Of a stretch of 15,557 nucleotides of DNA, positions 14,935-15,557 are shown in pieces. The DNA is from Polyangiaceae bacterium (GTDB lineage: Bacteria; Myxococcota_A; Polyangia; Polyangiales; Polyangiaceae), in the NCBI GenBank assembly GCA_044222475.1, contig JBGANF010000136.1, positions 1-15,557 of the forward strand, written 5' to 3'. The position numbers and the translations under genes were made by a program. The notes under the pieces are model-generated. The model ran no database searches. It was given only the letters and a program-made list of their open reading frames with translations, and was not told the DNA's origin. The first letter of the stretch is position 1, and each line of letters begins with the position of its first letter.

Positions 14935-15557
14935 ATGGCTCGATCGAACCTCGGGTGGATCCTCTGTGTCCCGCTCCTCGCGTGCAGCGCCGCGACCGAC
15001 GACTCCGCCCGAACCGACGACGCGCTCGGCGCCGCCGCTAAGGGAGGATTCGCGTTCGCTCGAGACACCAAGGAGCGCCGCGCCACCGTTCCCATCACCC
15101 CGAGCCGCGACTGGCGCGTGATCTACTCGGTCCCCCTCGACGCGCTCTCCGCCAACGAGCGCGTCGCGGTTCGCGGCGAGGTCACGCTGTCGAAGTGCGT
15201 CCCCAGCGAAGGCTCGCCCTGCGCGCGCGTGACGCCGTTCGATCCGCGGTTCGCGGCGAAGGTCGTCCTCGGGTCTTCCGCGAACGACGCGAGCGGACCC
15301 GATCTCTCGGACACCACGAGCCTCACCTGCAGCACGCGAGATCATCACTGCACGCTCGTCGTCGACGAGACGATCTCGGCCGGTTTCACCGGCAAGCGGT
15401 TCGCGAACCTCGTCGCGGCGGCCAGCGGGAACGGCTCCTCGATCGACGTGGCCAAGGTCGAAGAAGGCCACGGCGGCGTCTACGTGACCCGCATCGGCCC
15501 CGGCGCCGACGCCGGCGGGCAGCGCGTCGTCGGCAACGACGTCTCCCCCCAGTGGAT
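14935..15557 (+). CDS. Hypothetical lipoprotein, partial (more than 207 aa; runs off the window)
   Basis: Manual translation gives MARSNLGWILCVPLLACSAATDDSARTDDALG...WRVIYSVPL...RGEVTLSKCVPSEGSPC...LTCSTRDHHCTLVV...; lipobox LLAC and no stop before the end of the window. It is absent from the ORF track. Confidence 0.8.
   Translation, partial: MARSNLGWILCVPLLACSAATDDSARTDDALGAAAKGGFAFARDTKERRATVPITPSRDWRVIYSVPLDALSANERVAVRGEVTLSKCVPSEGSPCARVTPFDPRFAAKVVLGSSANDASGPDLSDTTSLTCSTRDHHCTLVVDETISAGFTGKRFANLVAAASGNGSSIDVAKVEEGHGGVYVTRIGPGADAGGQRVVGNDVSPQW

Noticed and set aside
14880..15098. Apparent N-terminal extension of cardiolipin synthase
   Set aside because: Overlaps the divergent lipoprotein gene and its promoter. 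The PLDc_N helix begins at about 14879.
1..15557. CRISPR arrays, tRNA/rRNA, IS elements, integrases, defence or toxin systems, long tandem repeats
   Set aside because: None seen. Intergenic spaces are all about 130 bp or shorter, GC content appears uniform, and no such protein motifs were recognised.

Overview
Very GC-rich, gene-dense bacterial DNA. It is most likely Myxococcota (Polyangia-like), inferred from a MYXO-CTERM-type tail, many Cys/Asp-rich lipoproteins and sigma54-type promoters. There are about 14 coding regions: a truncated Cys-rich exported-protein fragment (+), a Tat-lipoprotein with a DUF362-like domain (-, missing from the ORF track because it has no stop in the window), metG (-), an M23 peptidase (+), a membrane hypothetical (-), an 814-aa alpha/beta-hydrolase lipoprotein (-), a 12-Cys lipoprotein (+), an EamA transporter (-), a VOC protein (-), an N-acyl-D-amino-acid deacylase (+) coupled to a His-rich membrane protein (+), an M15 peptidase lipoprotein with PG-binding domain and MYXO-CTERM tail (+), cardiolipin synthase (-), and a partial lipoprotein (+). 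I saw no RNA genes, CRISPR arrays or mobile elements. The most striking structure is an apparent breakpoint at GCCGGC (132-137), where two convergent genes both appear truncated. Also notable are back-to-back -10 boxes suggesting two divergent leaderless mRNAs in a 33-bp spacer, two sigma54-type promoters abutting lipoprotein starts, and an uncharacterised His-rich membrane protein. Family calls come from motif recognition, not database searches.
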